A DNA stretch of 64,000 nt, from NCBI GenBank assembly GCA_010093705.1, contig MU006090.1:1515817-1579816 (forward strand), in the 5' to 3' direction. The notes under the pieces are model-generated. The model did no database searches. It had not been told where the DNA came from and saw nothing but the letters and a program-made list of their open reading frames with translations. The DNA is from Patellaria atrata CBS 101060. Its lineage: Eukaryota. Made by a program: the position numbers and the translations under genes. Below, piece by piece: positions 37,585-48,168 of this stretch; positions within the stretch are counted from its first letter, which is position 1; every line of letters begins with the position of its first letter.

Positions 37585-38201
37585 TCAAGTTAGATATGAA
37601 AGCACCAGCAAGTGCAGAACATTTACTATTATTTGGTCTAACAGTTGCAGCACGGTCTCCCTAGGGTTAGGCTCAAAACTCTTCCCATCCATCACCACCT
37701 CCTCCAGACGTGGTAACAGTTGTATCAAGCATTCGCAAAGCTGCCTATTGTTCAATTTCGCCAGCCATTTCAAAAGCGCCTCCCTAAAACCCTTCCCTTC
37801 AGCGGCCTCTAGATTCATTGACTTCTCGAGCAATTCAGATGTAGCTGTCAATGTCAACATCTGAAAGGGCACTATCTCCCTATATGAGATAAGTGCATTA
37901 GACCGCTTTACGAGTACCAGCGTCCGCGCATACTCCCCAAGCCTCTCTTCTATTATGTTCGACATCAACTGTACCGCGCTGTGATAGTCCCTAGTAGAGT
38001 CGGAGTATTGCGTTAAGCGGGCAATGCGGTGCGCGTGGGTGCTGTAATGCGTGTATTTCTCGACGCACATCTCGATCCCCCTACAGGTGCAAATACGCAG
38101 TGCCTTTTGCATGTCCGAGCAAAGGAAACGAAGTCGACGGGGTGAACTGGCTCCAGTATCATGACGAGGAGCTCAGTAGGCAGTCTTTCGAGTGTCGGCA
38201 T
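37585..38201 (-). pseudogene. F-box-like paralog 6, single frameshift near 38095-38100
   Basis: MPTLERLPTELLVMILEPVHPVDFVSFARTCKRH in one frame; ICTC...HYSTHA...LGEYA...LCECLIQLLPRLEEVVMDG continues in another. Confidence 0.78.
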
Positions 38202-38974
38202 ATCTGAAGATGTCAGATATTAAAGGGTTTAAAAAAAATCCCACAAGAAAACTTTGCAGGATACTGGTAGCAGGTATGGGTTGAAGGCTTTTTTAAGGTT
38301 ATGAGTATAGTAAAACTAAATCTCGGTACAGTGTCACAACGGTGAGCATCAATGCCTAGTTTTTCCCTTGATTATATCTCTATAACTGTTTCTTGTGAAA
38401 GTTTTCTTCTCATCAGCCTTCGAATCAAGCAAGGCCTCTCACTAGTTCTAGTTCTAAGTCCAACAATTCTGGTCATAAATCCCCAGATGTATCCCGAGTT
38501 CTACACTACCTCGTCGACTTCCCCCTCTAACTGCTGTACATAATCCTATTCCAGAGCTCACGCAACAGAACGGTGACTAATTCTAGCGAGCCATATTATA
38601 GACACCTTTGGGTACCTAAATTGACCGCAAGGCCAGTAAGAGTAAGAGCATGGGTACATGAGATCGAGTATTATGTTACTCGAGTTTTGTGACTCCCATG
38701 GTCGAAGTATTCACTGCGTTTGTTTATTGGTGTAAGGTTGTCGGATCTATAGAGAGTGGCGCTAGTTGTTAGTCTGAGTGAACTTGACGAAAGCGGTAGG
38801 ATTGGAGATGTGGGATGATGAGGGGAGTATGTAATGTAGTGGTGAAGAAGAGAGTAGAAAGAAGTTCATTGTCTTATTAAGGAGCTAAGGTATGCAATAG
38901 CAACGAATATGGCGGAACGGAATGAAATGATATAGTACGAAAAATGCAAACTTTGAAAACCCACCTCCCTGTGC

Positions 38975-41900
38975 TCAAATATTGCGGGCCTTTACCTCCC
39001 ATCGTAATTTTGCCTCCAACTTGTTCTCTTCGAAATCGATTTGAATCATATTAATGTTCTCCGCAGCCATATTCCTCATCTTCGCCTCCTTCTTTAACAT
39101 CTCTAGGAAACTAGGAAGAACGTCCCTCGCATCCTTCTCCAACTGAGTTTGGTAAATATTTCCCCTACGTTCCTGGCAAATCCGCTTTTTCACAGCAGCA
39201 AAGAAGTCCCTTCGAGCTCCCTCTTCATCATCAATGATTCGTTGTCGTTCCTCCGGATTAAGTGCAGCCCAAGTCCTTACTACACCAATATGAAGATTCA
39301 CGTGCGAGCTATTCGGTGGAGTTGGAGCATCTGTTCCTTCTGGCATTCCGGTCTGGCTGGCATTGAAGCTTGCGTTTACACCAAACACCTCTTTCATATG
39401 AGCGGCTCGCGCCTGGCGGATCTTATCAATGACCTTATCCGGGATCTGGGTATCTTCTTCGATGCCAATGCTGAAGTTTTCTGGAAGGAAGCTCATGGAG
39501 CAGTCAGAGAACCCACACTGCATTACGCTGGGTCCGAATGGCGTAGCATATGGGACGATGACAGAACGGCTATGCAGTCCTCGAGCTGTGATAGGATAAT
39601 GTTCGGACTGGTCTGGTTTCAAAAAGATAGACTTGAGGACATTATGGACCAAGGAATCGGGAAGCTCTTTGTGGATATCTATTGTTGGCGGACCGAGCTC
39701 TGACTCCTGTGCGAAATGTGCGAAGAACGTCTTTGCAGATGTGTGTCCTCTTTGGAAGTACAATAGACGGAAGACGAGTATTTGCACTCTTAACATAATG
39801 TTTTGCCGGTATTCATCGTCCCAGTCGCTTAGTAAACCTTCATCCAAGGTGAGGATCTCTGTCAACCTTGGCCAAAACTCGTCTACAGACGTTACTATAG
39901 TCTCGTTAGACTCTTGGTCTCGGGGGATCAGTTCTGCATTGAATTCCTGGTAGATCAAAGCCAAATAACGTTGTGGCCAAGATGGATATGCCGGACGATT
40001 TGGGATCGCGGATTCCTTAAGCAAGGTGGTGAGGTATATCGACACTACTGAGTAAATGACCTTGGTCGCTTTCATGCGTTTCATATGGGCTTTTGAAAAC
40101 GTGTCCAAACGGCTTCCAAGCGATAAGAGCTGCATAAATCCTGCAATAGGATATGTGACCGCAAAACTAGTCGTTAAGTTCCCCTCAAAATCTTTAGCAA
40201 CCCATTTGAGAGCATCCTCGAAAGGGACCCACTTCCCAAGCTCATTGAATGTCTCACGAACCCACGTGTTCCGAATGACATTACTTAGGAAATATTCTAG
40301 TAACTGTTTCATTATCCCACTTGAGGCCCATTTCTTACGGAGTGTACGCTCCAGTATAGTAGCAAAGAGTTGAGAGAGCTGTGGAACACCTGTCTTGAGA
40401 CCGTCATTTAAAGCGGTATATAATTGTTGAATGATATATCGCTTATTGGTACCATCGTAGTCGAGCGCAGGTAGAACTGCCGAAAGAGACTCGTTGTAGA
40501 CTGATCGACCTTCTGGCATTGCTAGAGCACACTGGAAACATATGAGCTGGCTTGATATGGCGTTAGTGTTTGCCTTGAATCTTCCAGCAGCAAGAGGAAA
40601 GTCTAGCGCAAAATCTGCTGTGTTAGCTGCCATATCGTCACCATCAAGTCGTCTCAGAGCTAAAGACATGATCTGATTCTCTCCACAACAAATGTGGCAC
40701 TCGGAACGGAATCCAGTAGCGCTCAAGTCCAAGCTTTCAACGGAAATCGCGCTTGGGTCAGCGGCAACAGTCTCAGCTCGACGGGCCCTGTTACTCCTCC
40801 GAGAGAGGATATCCGCAGTGTAGCCAGATTGCTCTACTTCGGCGAATTGTCTAAATGCTTGGTCTACGAGTCGATTCCGATTTGCCGCAGCCTCCGACTC
40901 TATGAACGTATCGTGTTTTTGCTGCTCATAGTTGGTCCGATTGACTTCGTGTGCAACCCGGAGCCGCGATTGTAGTTCACTACGTTGGGCTGGCGACATT
41001 GACTCCTTGTTGTTGTTCAACTCAGCCACGATATTTCCCGCTCCAGCGACATCAGTCAGCTTCACGGTAACAGCATCGACCTTCTGGGCTTGCAAGAATT
41101 GCCGCAGTTCCGGTAACATGCCGCGAATTTTGTAAGCCAGTAAAAGATTGGCAAATGCTTCCTCTTCGAGTAGCTCGTCTAGGTCATCAAGCGGAATCTG
41201 GCCGGCTTTCAACAGTAATTCCAAGTCGACAAAGGTTGGACAGTCGTGGTGTATCTCATCCCATTTAGTTCCCAAGGATATTCCTTTCTCAACGGTCGAC
41301 CGGCTCTCCGCCTCAGGTACAAATATGTTTAAACTATTTAATGCGGAAAAGAATTCGCCGTCATCCTTAATCATTGGAATGTCTTCCCACCTAGTGCCAG
41401 ATTCCATATTCGGTTCAGAGTCCGGCTTCCTCTTAGATGCGAAATGTGTCGTCAAAGGTGCGAAAAGTCCTTTGGCCGCGATTATATGTAACTCTGATGT
41501 CGCTGTACACTTGAACAGACATATCGAATGGGGAGCATTTGCAATGAATGAAACTCCAACTGATATGTTAGCTCGATCAAGTGTTTGAGGTCTTCTCCCT
41601 ACGATCACAAAGATGATAGGGATTCCATAGACATTGTGACTTGTAGCAATTCTAGCCAAATTTGTCACTTCGTAGTTAGATACTTCTCCATCGGTGAGTA
41701 AGCACCAATAATCTGACCCACGAAGAGCAGCTAAGGCATACTGATTCTGGAAGATCTTGGAGGGCTCCGTGCCTCCGAGGGTACCAGACCAGCTTACCTT
41801 GTATGTTTCCGTGACTGGATTTTCACAACCCCAACCCCACCGACTGATGTCTATCTTCGACCTCTTCGAAGCGTTCAAACCCAACAATGAGGTAAGTGAT

Positions 41901-42079
41901 AGCGGGAGGAGGTGACGTTCAAGGGCGAATGCAAAGTCCTGCTCTGATTTAATTGGCGACCCGCTGGTAGATCCTGAAGCGTCAACTGCCACGAATGCAC
42001 GAGCATTTGATGTTGGGGTATAGGTGGTGACGGGACCATCATCCTTCTCAAAGTATTTCCACGATGGCATAGTCGGCAT
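38975..42079 (-). CDS. Intronless 1034-aa protein: N-terminal von Willebrand factor A (MIDAS) domain followed by Cys-motif-containing unknown regions
   Basis: VAVDASGST (DxSxS), GGTEP and LLTDGEV MIDAS elements; CHICC, CFQC and CGFSDC motifs; uninterrupted 3.1-kb ORF. Confidence 0.85.
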   Translation of the reverse strand: MPTMPSWKYFEKDDGPVTTYTPTSNARAFVAVDASGSTSGSPIKSEQDFAFALERHLLPLSLTSLLGLNASKRSKIDISRWGWGCENPVTETYKVSWSGTLGGTEPSKIFQNQYALAALRGSDYWCLLTDGEVSNYEVTNLARIATSHNVYGIPIIFVIVGRRPQTLDRANISVGVSFIANAPHSICLFKCTATSELHIIAAKGLFAPLTTHFASKRKPDSEPNMESGTRWEDIPMIKDDGEFFSALNSLNIFVPEAESRSTVEKGISLGTKWDEIHHDCPTFVDLELLLKAGQIPLDDLDELLEEEAFANLLLAYKIRGMLPELRQFLQAQKVDAVTVKLTDVAGAGNIVAELNNNKESMSPAQRSELQSRLRVAHEVNRTNYEQQKHDTFIESEAAANRNRLVDQAFRQFAEVEQSGYTADILSRRSNRARRAETVAADPSAISVESLDLSATGFRSECHICCGENQIMSLALRRLDGDDMAANTADFALDFPLAAGRFKANTNAISSQLICFQCALAMPEGRSVYNESLSAVLPALDYDGTNKRYIIQQLYTALNDGLKTGVPQLSQLFATILERTLRKKWASSGIMKQLLEYFLSNVIRNTWVRETFNELGKWVPFEDALKWVAKDFEGNLTTSFAVTYPIAGFMQLLSLGSRLDTFSKAHMKRMKATKVIYSVVSIYLTTLLKESAIPNRPAYPSWPQRYLALIYQEFNAELIPRDQESNETIVTSVDEFWPRLTEILTLDEGLLSDWDDEYRQNIMLRVQILVFRLLYFQRGHTSAKTFFAHFAQESELGPPTIDIHKELPDSLVHNVLKSIFLKPDQSEHYPITARGLHSRSVIVPYATPFGPSVMQCGFSDCSMSFLPENFSIGIEEDTQIPDKVIDKIRQARAAHMKEVFGVNASFNASQTGMPEGTDAPTPPNSSHVNLHIGVVRTWAALNPEERQRIIDDEEGARRDFFAAVKKRICQERRGNIYQTQLEKDARDVLPSFLEMLKKEAKMRNMAAENINMIQIDFEENKLEAKLRWEVKARNI

Positions 42080-43070
42080 TTGGGGTGCTCGAGCTCAAAG
42101 TGGCTACTTTCTATTGTATAGCGGAGCTATATAACAGGTGTTGGGTGTTGGCGGTGTGCACTCGAGGAAAGGATATATTTGAGAATTGAAGTTCCACGGC
42201 GGAAAAATTATACTTTAAATAGACTGCATAGATATCGAATTGGTGAACTCATCTTTGGCGGGTGTGACTCACCTCCGCATTTGGACACGAGTAGAAATAG
42301 GCAGGATGAGGCGCAGCAACTTCTGCAGGGAAGTGAGCCTTGCGGTAACCAGAATAAGTATATCTAATGCGTTGAAATGCTGTGGACTTTACAAAGGTAA
42401 TACGAATACGGAGTGATAGAAACCGGGACCTATAATCTAGGTTTCGTGACTTTACCTTAGGAAAACAATGATTACGTTCAGTAAGCTAATCAACAGAGCG
42501 AGGAAGACTCAGTTATGGAAAGATATATGTTTGATAAAGAAATTTACAGCCTTTCAGGTGTTGAAATACACTGTGATGTTATTCACTGGTATAAAAGATG
42601 CCACACAACTGCAGGAAAAGGTAGATATATACCATAGAGGACGTGACCTACGCTTCGCAATAATTAGAACAATCAGGGCATCAGAATTTTGAAAGATAAT
42701 CAGCAATCAAAGTCCTCGGCCAAAATCTCGCTCGACGAGAAAATATGGATAAACTACGAATGGGAAATACACAGGATGGGTATAATATATGACTTTCGAG
42801 ATGACTCTGACGGGTAGATATTGAATAAGTTATTTTCCATGTAAACAAGCTTATGATCCTCATAATAAGATATGCTGAAAATTGAGTATGAATAAGGTGT
42901 TCTTAAGACACCATGACAGATGCCGCTGACAATATCGTTGCTTGGAAATCTAAACACTTTTGCGAGCTTGTGCTAGCCATGCTCCTCAAACGTCGTTAAC
43001 GCAATATCTTATACTGGAAATGATGAATCGTAATTCATTAGTGATTCTTTGAAAGGGCTATCAAATGCGC

Positions 43071-44768
43071 TCATGCAACAGAGTCTTTCAAGCTCTCAAG
43101 GCTGTAAACCAGCCATTCCATAAGCTGATGCGGCGTTAACCCTTTCTCCTCTTCTATAGTCTCATCGTAAGTCAAACATCGTAGTACCAGTCTGCGATAA
43201 GCAGCCCCGGCTTTGGAACCTAGCGCAGGAACAAGCCCGTGGATGATCCTTTCTTTAAAAACGGCGGGAGAATACTTGGCCTTGTGGAATCCGTATATAC
43301 TTTTCCACAGTCCAACCTCGAGAAGTACGAGACCCAAGGAATATATATCAAATGACTTCCGATATGTCTGACGCCAGACACCCAGTGAGTCTGGATGTCG
43401 GTAGATCTCCTGGGCTGTGCTGAATTTCGGATCCGCTGTCATTTCTGTTAGACCGTCTGGTCGAGAGCTGTCGAAACCTACCACGTAGGGTCTAGAAATC
43501 TCGTACTGTTCCAAGGTTTTAGGGTTTTCCTTGTGGAAGAAAAGTATGCTTGAACTAGAAAAAGACTTATGCAACCAATCTAAGGAATGAAACGACCATA
43601 AAGCTACAGCAAGTGAATGAGCAAGTCGGAATCGGACGTCCAAATCAGGAGTTTTCTTCTGTGAATTTTCTATCGAGCCTGTTAAAGTAGAAAACTTAGG
43701 GAGATCTAATGAGGGCGTTGCAGAACCATCGGGGCCTAGGTGGACAATCCCGTATCTGTGATTTACAGTGTCGTCAACGTAGCCAACGCAGTCTAATGTA
43801 GAGAGATCTGGATGACGCGAAGAGCCAGAGTGAAGCATTCTCGAGAGATTATCAACCCTTTGATACAGGTGCAACCTAGCGTCCAGGTCTATCTCTTGGT
43901 CGTATGGGATCCAATCAATTAGGACGGGAATGTCCTCACTAACTGGATCTCCTTTTGGTTCATTCGATGGCTTTTGATAGATTGCACGGACCCGTCTACT
44001 TTCAAGGTCTTCCTTTTCAGGTAGCTGTATTCTCCATCGTGGAATTTTGAGTTCAGACGAAGATAGTATTTTCCGCGATGGCTCCGCTGCATCAAGATTG
44101 ATACGTAACTGTTTAAGTTTGGCCATCGCATTGAGCCCGGGATATCTTGTATTTGCAGCGAGTTGTAGAGTCTCCAGGTTAGGGAGGTCTGTTCTTTGTA
44201 AGACTTCATTAGTCCACGTTCTCTGGAAAGTTGCAATCCGGCTAGGTGGAAAGAGCTTCTCCAGGCGGTCATTGTAATATTGTAAATCATCGAGAAACTG
44301 TTCAAATTTATCCTTGTCCGCTATGACCCACCTTGCACGTAACCTGAGGTCATTCTTCCTATTTCTCGAAACGATGCATTTGATGTCTACTCCTTTCTGG
44401 TATGCTTCCTTGTCTACACTCCCTGGAGCTTCTTCTCGAAGACCGTACTTCTCTTGCAGCTTGTTGCAGTCCATAATCGTCTGGAGAAGCTGCGTGAGTA
44501 TTTCAACTGCCAGGTCTTTCAGACCATCATGACCCCAGATACCGGCGGCGAGATGAGCTTCAAATTTTCCCTCGACGATGCCCCACTCTCTTCCCCATAG
44601 CCATAATCTGGTCTCTTCGATCTTGATCTTACATGTGAGGCGTTCACTGTCCCGTCCCAAGTTCGATGCCGTAGAAAAGACTTTATATCCCTTCATACAA
44701 CCGTCGAATATGTGCCCGATGATACCAACTGCACCAAGGAGTCCAATAGCGAAGCCGGCGACCTCCAT
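43071..44768 (-). CDS. HeLo (prion-inhibition and propagation) domain plus kinase-like (pseudokinase) domain protein, 565 aa, intronless
   Basis: MEVAGFAIGLLGAVG...FDGCMKGY...KIKIEETRLWLWGREWGI...RARWVIADKDKFEQFLDDLQYYNDRL (HeLo); LHKSFSSSSILFF, VGFDSSRP, YRHP, DIYSLGLVLLEVGLW (kinase C-lobe). Confidence 0.88.
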   Translation of the reverse strand: MEVAGFAIGLLGAVGIIGHIFDGCMKGYKVFSTASNLGRDSERLTCKIKIEETRLWLWGREWGIVEGKFEAHLAAGIWGHDGLKDLAVEILTQLLQTIMDCNKLQEKYGLREEAPGSVDKEAYQKGVDIKCIVSRNRKNDLRLRARWVIADKDKFEQFLDDLQYYNDRLEKLFPPSRIATFQRTWTNEVLQRTDLPNLETLQLAANTRYPGLNAMAKLKQLRINLDAAEPSRKILSSSELKIPRWRIQLPEKEDLESRRVRAIYQKPSNEPKGDPVSEDIPVLIDWIPYDQEIDLDARLHLYQRVDNLSRMLHSGSSRHPDLSTLDCVGYVDDTVNHRYGIVHLGPDGSATPSLDLPKFSTLTGSIENSQKKTPDLDVRFRLAHSLAVALWSFHSLDWLHKSFSSSSILFFHKENPKTLEQYEISRPYVVGFDSSRPDGLTEMTADPKFSTAQEIYRHPDSLGVWRQTYRKSFDIYSLGLVLLEVGLWKSIYGFHKAKYSPAVFKERIIHGLVPALGSKAGAAYRRLVLRCLTYDETIEEEKGLTPHQLMEWLVYSLESLKDSVA

Positions 44769-45353
44769 TGGGTGGGCACTCCCAGTGAAATCAAGTCGTT
44801 AAGAATAACCGCATCCTGGATGATAAGTAAAACTTAGAGACGGAAATGGGAACTCGATGCAAGAATGCTGGAATATTTCAAACGGTGCGGCAAATGATAA
44901 AGCGAAACATATCCTGACACACTTGTGGCGCTGCTTGTCCGCTGCCTACAAGCTGACCTTGCGAAGAGTTCGAAGCTTTTATCATCTGCATCCATCTCTT
45001 GTCCCGGTCGTCTAGACCCGCTAAGCAGTGACTTTTGGGGGCTGAGGATAGGGTTACGAGGTAGGATTCGCTGGTGCCGCAGATGCAGGAGCCTCATCGG
45101 GAACGAAACACCACCCATCTTCACCAAGACCCTGCCCACCATTCACCAAAACCCTTCACCTGTACGGGCTACTGCCACATCCGGAGTCACACCTCAGTGA
45201 CCGACCGTCAATATGGATATCAGCTTCTTCAGGTTCCTAACCTCCTTCTGAAGCAAGGTCCACACTTCAGAGATACAGACGAGAGCTTTCTCCAACTCTG
45301 ACCTTCGTCTGATACAGTGTGACACCTACATACAGACAGTTGGGCTCCTCACA

Positions 45354-46251
45354 ATGCGGCATTTCGCGTTCAATCTCTTCAGCCTTGCGCTGGTAGCCTT
45401 TCCCGCAGCAGCTCAGATCTATGTCGAGGATCTTCCTACTTGCTGGGCCTTATGTGTGGATGCGACCTCATCATGCGGGGACCTCGAGGTGGATTGTAAG
45501 CATTCAACAACTTCCCCAATATCACACGATCTATACTAACCGCCAACAAGGCATGTGCGAAGCCAGTTACTCCTCCTTCCTTCCCGACCTCGTGACCTGC
45601 GTGCGCGTCAATTGCGAAAGCCTTCTCGACTTCGACATTCTGATCAACCCTCTACAATATTGGTGTCTGATCCTCGGAATACAAATTCCTATCTCCGCTC
45701 TCTTCGCCGCTGAAGATGCGGCAACGGCGGCAATTGGCTCGTTTATAGATTCGTTCACCGCGGAGCCGACACCGACAGACACCGACTTCTTCGACTTCCC
45801 GAGCACGAGCATTGATTTTGGGTTCACGGATGTGGAGACCACGAGGACTGTAGAGGCAGAGACGTCGAGCGAGCAAACTCGTACTCGCCCAACCCCATCT
45901 CGATTGACGCATGCGTTTGCGACGACGATTACCAAGACGACGACCAATTCGGACGGAGAGACGATATATGTCATCAATCCGATCACTATTGGGCCGAATA
46001 CTGCTATCTACGGTCGTCCTTCTACAATTACTCCAACCGAACTAGTGACATTAGTCCCTGATACTACAGGATCAGAAATACCGATAGAGACAGCTGAGAA
46101 TACCAGTTCGGCACCCACTGCAACCAGTGATTCGTCAGATGGTGGCAATAATAACAATGGAAGTCCCTTTGATGCTGCCTCAGGTATCAATGCTAGGGAC
46201 TCTTGGATATTGTCTGTACTTGCATTTGTCTTCGGTTTAGCTTGGATCTGA
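45354..46251 (+). CDS. Secreted, probably GPI-anchored CFEM-domain protein; intron 45496-45550
   Basis: Signal peptide MRHFAFNLFSLALVAFPAAA; 8-Cys CFEM spacing (LPTCWALC...C...CMC...CVRVNC...C); S/T-rich stalk; hydrophobic C-terminus WILSVLAFVFGLAWI. Confidence 0.88.
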
Positions 46252-47085
46252 TTGGCTGTGGACTGGCGTATAATGTGACAGATACCCCTTGTAAGTTTCT
46301 GGGAGGAGTCTATAGGGAATTTCTGAAATGAGTCGTATCGTAACGCTTAAAGTCTAATGAGTATTATCAATGAGATTGTTATGTCAAAGGATCACATTAA
46401 TGACTCTATTTTTGTCTTCATTATGAGCTGGACTAAGATTCTCCTCCTAGCGATACAGTTTTTGGAGCTTTGTAACTGTTAGAAGAAACCAAATCATAAC
46501 AACCATGGACGCATTCCAGCACGGCATCTCCAGCTTGATCTCTTCGGTCTGCGAATCCAACAGCACAGTCGAGATAACCTATGCCCGAACACCTTAACAT
46601 ATTACCTCCAGCAACCCCTTACACGTCTAAACTCTCTGAATCACCTTCCCGTTATCCAGAACCTAGATCGTAGTCCATTCTGCTCAGCTAAATCTACAAT
46701 ATCATCCTCACCCTGGTAGCCATTCCTCCTTCCTACCCCGGGAGAGGAATCGTGTCAGCATCCACTTCACCATCTCGTGGAGATCGATGTCCGAGCGGAT
46801 TCGATCATGTGACGTTACGGGTTCCGGTCTTCCGTGAGTTTCAAGGATGGGAGTCGGCCTGTTCCAATGCTGAGGCTAACACTCTATACAGAATAGAGTC
46901 TCTGTGAGGGGGGAGACTGCTGTACCCTCTCACAAGGTACTTATTTCATAGAAACGTCTTCATATTTTCTTCACGTTAAGAGAATAGAAAAGTACAGAGA
47001 TTTGGAATTACCAAGAGAAAAGGTAGATGTCATTTGAAAGAATCGAAATGGAAACAGTTATAAGTCAAGAAGAATACCTCAATCC

Positions 47086-47660
47086 CGTGAATTCTCTTAG
47101 TCATTTGCTTCACGGTTAGGGATATAATATAACTATATACTTCTCTATAATCCTAGCGACAAATCTCGAAGATTCATGTGCTGTATGAAAAAATTGATGA
47201 GGTAGTGTAAGTTCACTTTCTGGAAGAGCAGAGATATGGTGAATGTTTACCACCAGCACTGGGTGCACGAGCCGTGTCGAAAATGTTGGCATATAAACCT
47301 ACCAAAATCTTTAAAAAGGGCGTGGATTTTTTTTGGTCATTTGCATCACCGTTAGGAACATAGTAGATTCAATCAGTTCTCTATAATCCTGACGAAAAAT
47401 CTCATCGATTGGTGTGCTATATGAAATTTTCAGAAATATGATGTAAGTTCACCTCACTTCCAGTTTCTGAAAGAGTGCACGTACCACCAGCACGAGATAT
47501 CGAAATCTTGGAATGTAAAAAGGGCGTGATTTTTTTGGTCATTTACTTAACAGCTTGTAGAAGGATGAATTCAAATCGTTATCTATAATCCTGAGGAAAA
47601 ATCTCGACGATTCGTGTGCTATTTGAAATTTTTTAGGTGTGGTGGTGTAAGTTTAGTTTT
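47086..47660. repeat. Degenerate tandem triplication of a non-coding unit (spacings 236 and 202 bp)
   Basis: GTCATTT at 47100, 47336 and 47538; TCTATAATCCT at 47144, 47380 and 47582, each followed by AAATCTC..GATT..TGTGCT..TGAAA..TGTAAGTT. Confidence 0.9.
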
Positions 47661-48168
47661 GACGCGCCTGACGCGTTGAACGTGTTTTAGACGGGTCATT
47701 TTCGGATATTGGTGTTATAAAAGGCATTTTCCATGATTATTACTTTGGGAAGGCAAGTATCTAACTTGACTACATTACTAGAATTGTTTAACTCGTAGTT
47801 CACACTACTAGAACTTATGATAATAACACGGAAGTGAGTTGACTTTGGCGACTATTACCAAACTGGGTGGTGATGCGGGGCTTCGTCGGCCGTTGCCATG
47901 ACGATCGGTTTAGTCAACAAAGAGCCGCAACCCCCTGGGCTTAAGATTGGAACGCCAATATCGAACGTATCGATACACATCCTTTACTACAATTATTAAT
48001 CGGGTTGATTCAATTTCGTACCTCTCATTATCCTCAATTGAATATTATTCTATTCCTATAGTAATACTCTTGCTATATTCCCCTTCTTACTGTTTGCGTG
48101 CTTTGTCCACAGTTCGCTAAACACTTTGCTGCATACTTTAGTTCTACATTCCACAACCAACCTGTAAA

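Noticed and set aside
42400..43060. AT-rich stretch with short ORFs between the VWA and HeLo genes
   Set aside because: It has many stops and no assignable family, so I cannot support a pseudogene call.
46500..46940. Coding-like purine bias on the minus strand
   Set aside because: Only short broken fragments are present, with no recognisable motif.
47086..47660. Possible CRISPR-like array or tRNA/snoRNA cluster
   Set aside because: The context is eukaryotic, the units are long and degenerate without unique spacers, and there is no cloverleaf or consistent C/D boxes. Kept only as a repeat.
31000..47700. Starship or other intact transposon explaining the island
   Set aside because: No tyrosine recombinase, transposase, RT, LTRs or clear terminal repeats are visible in the window.
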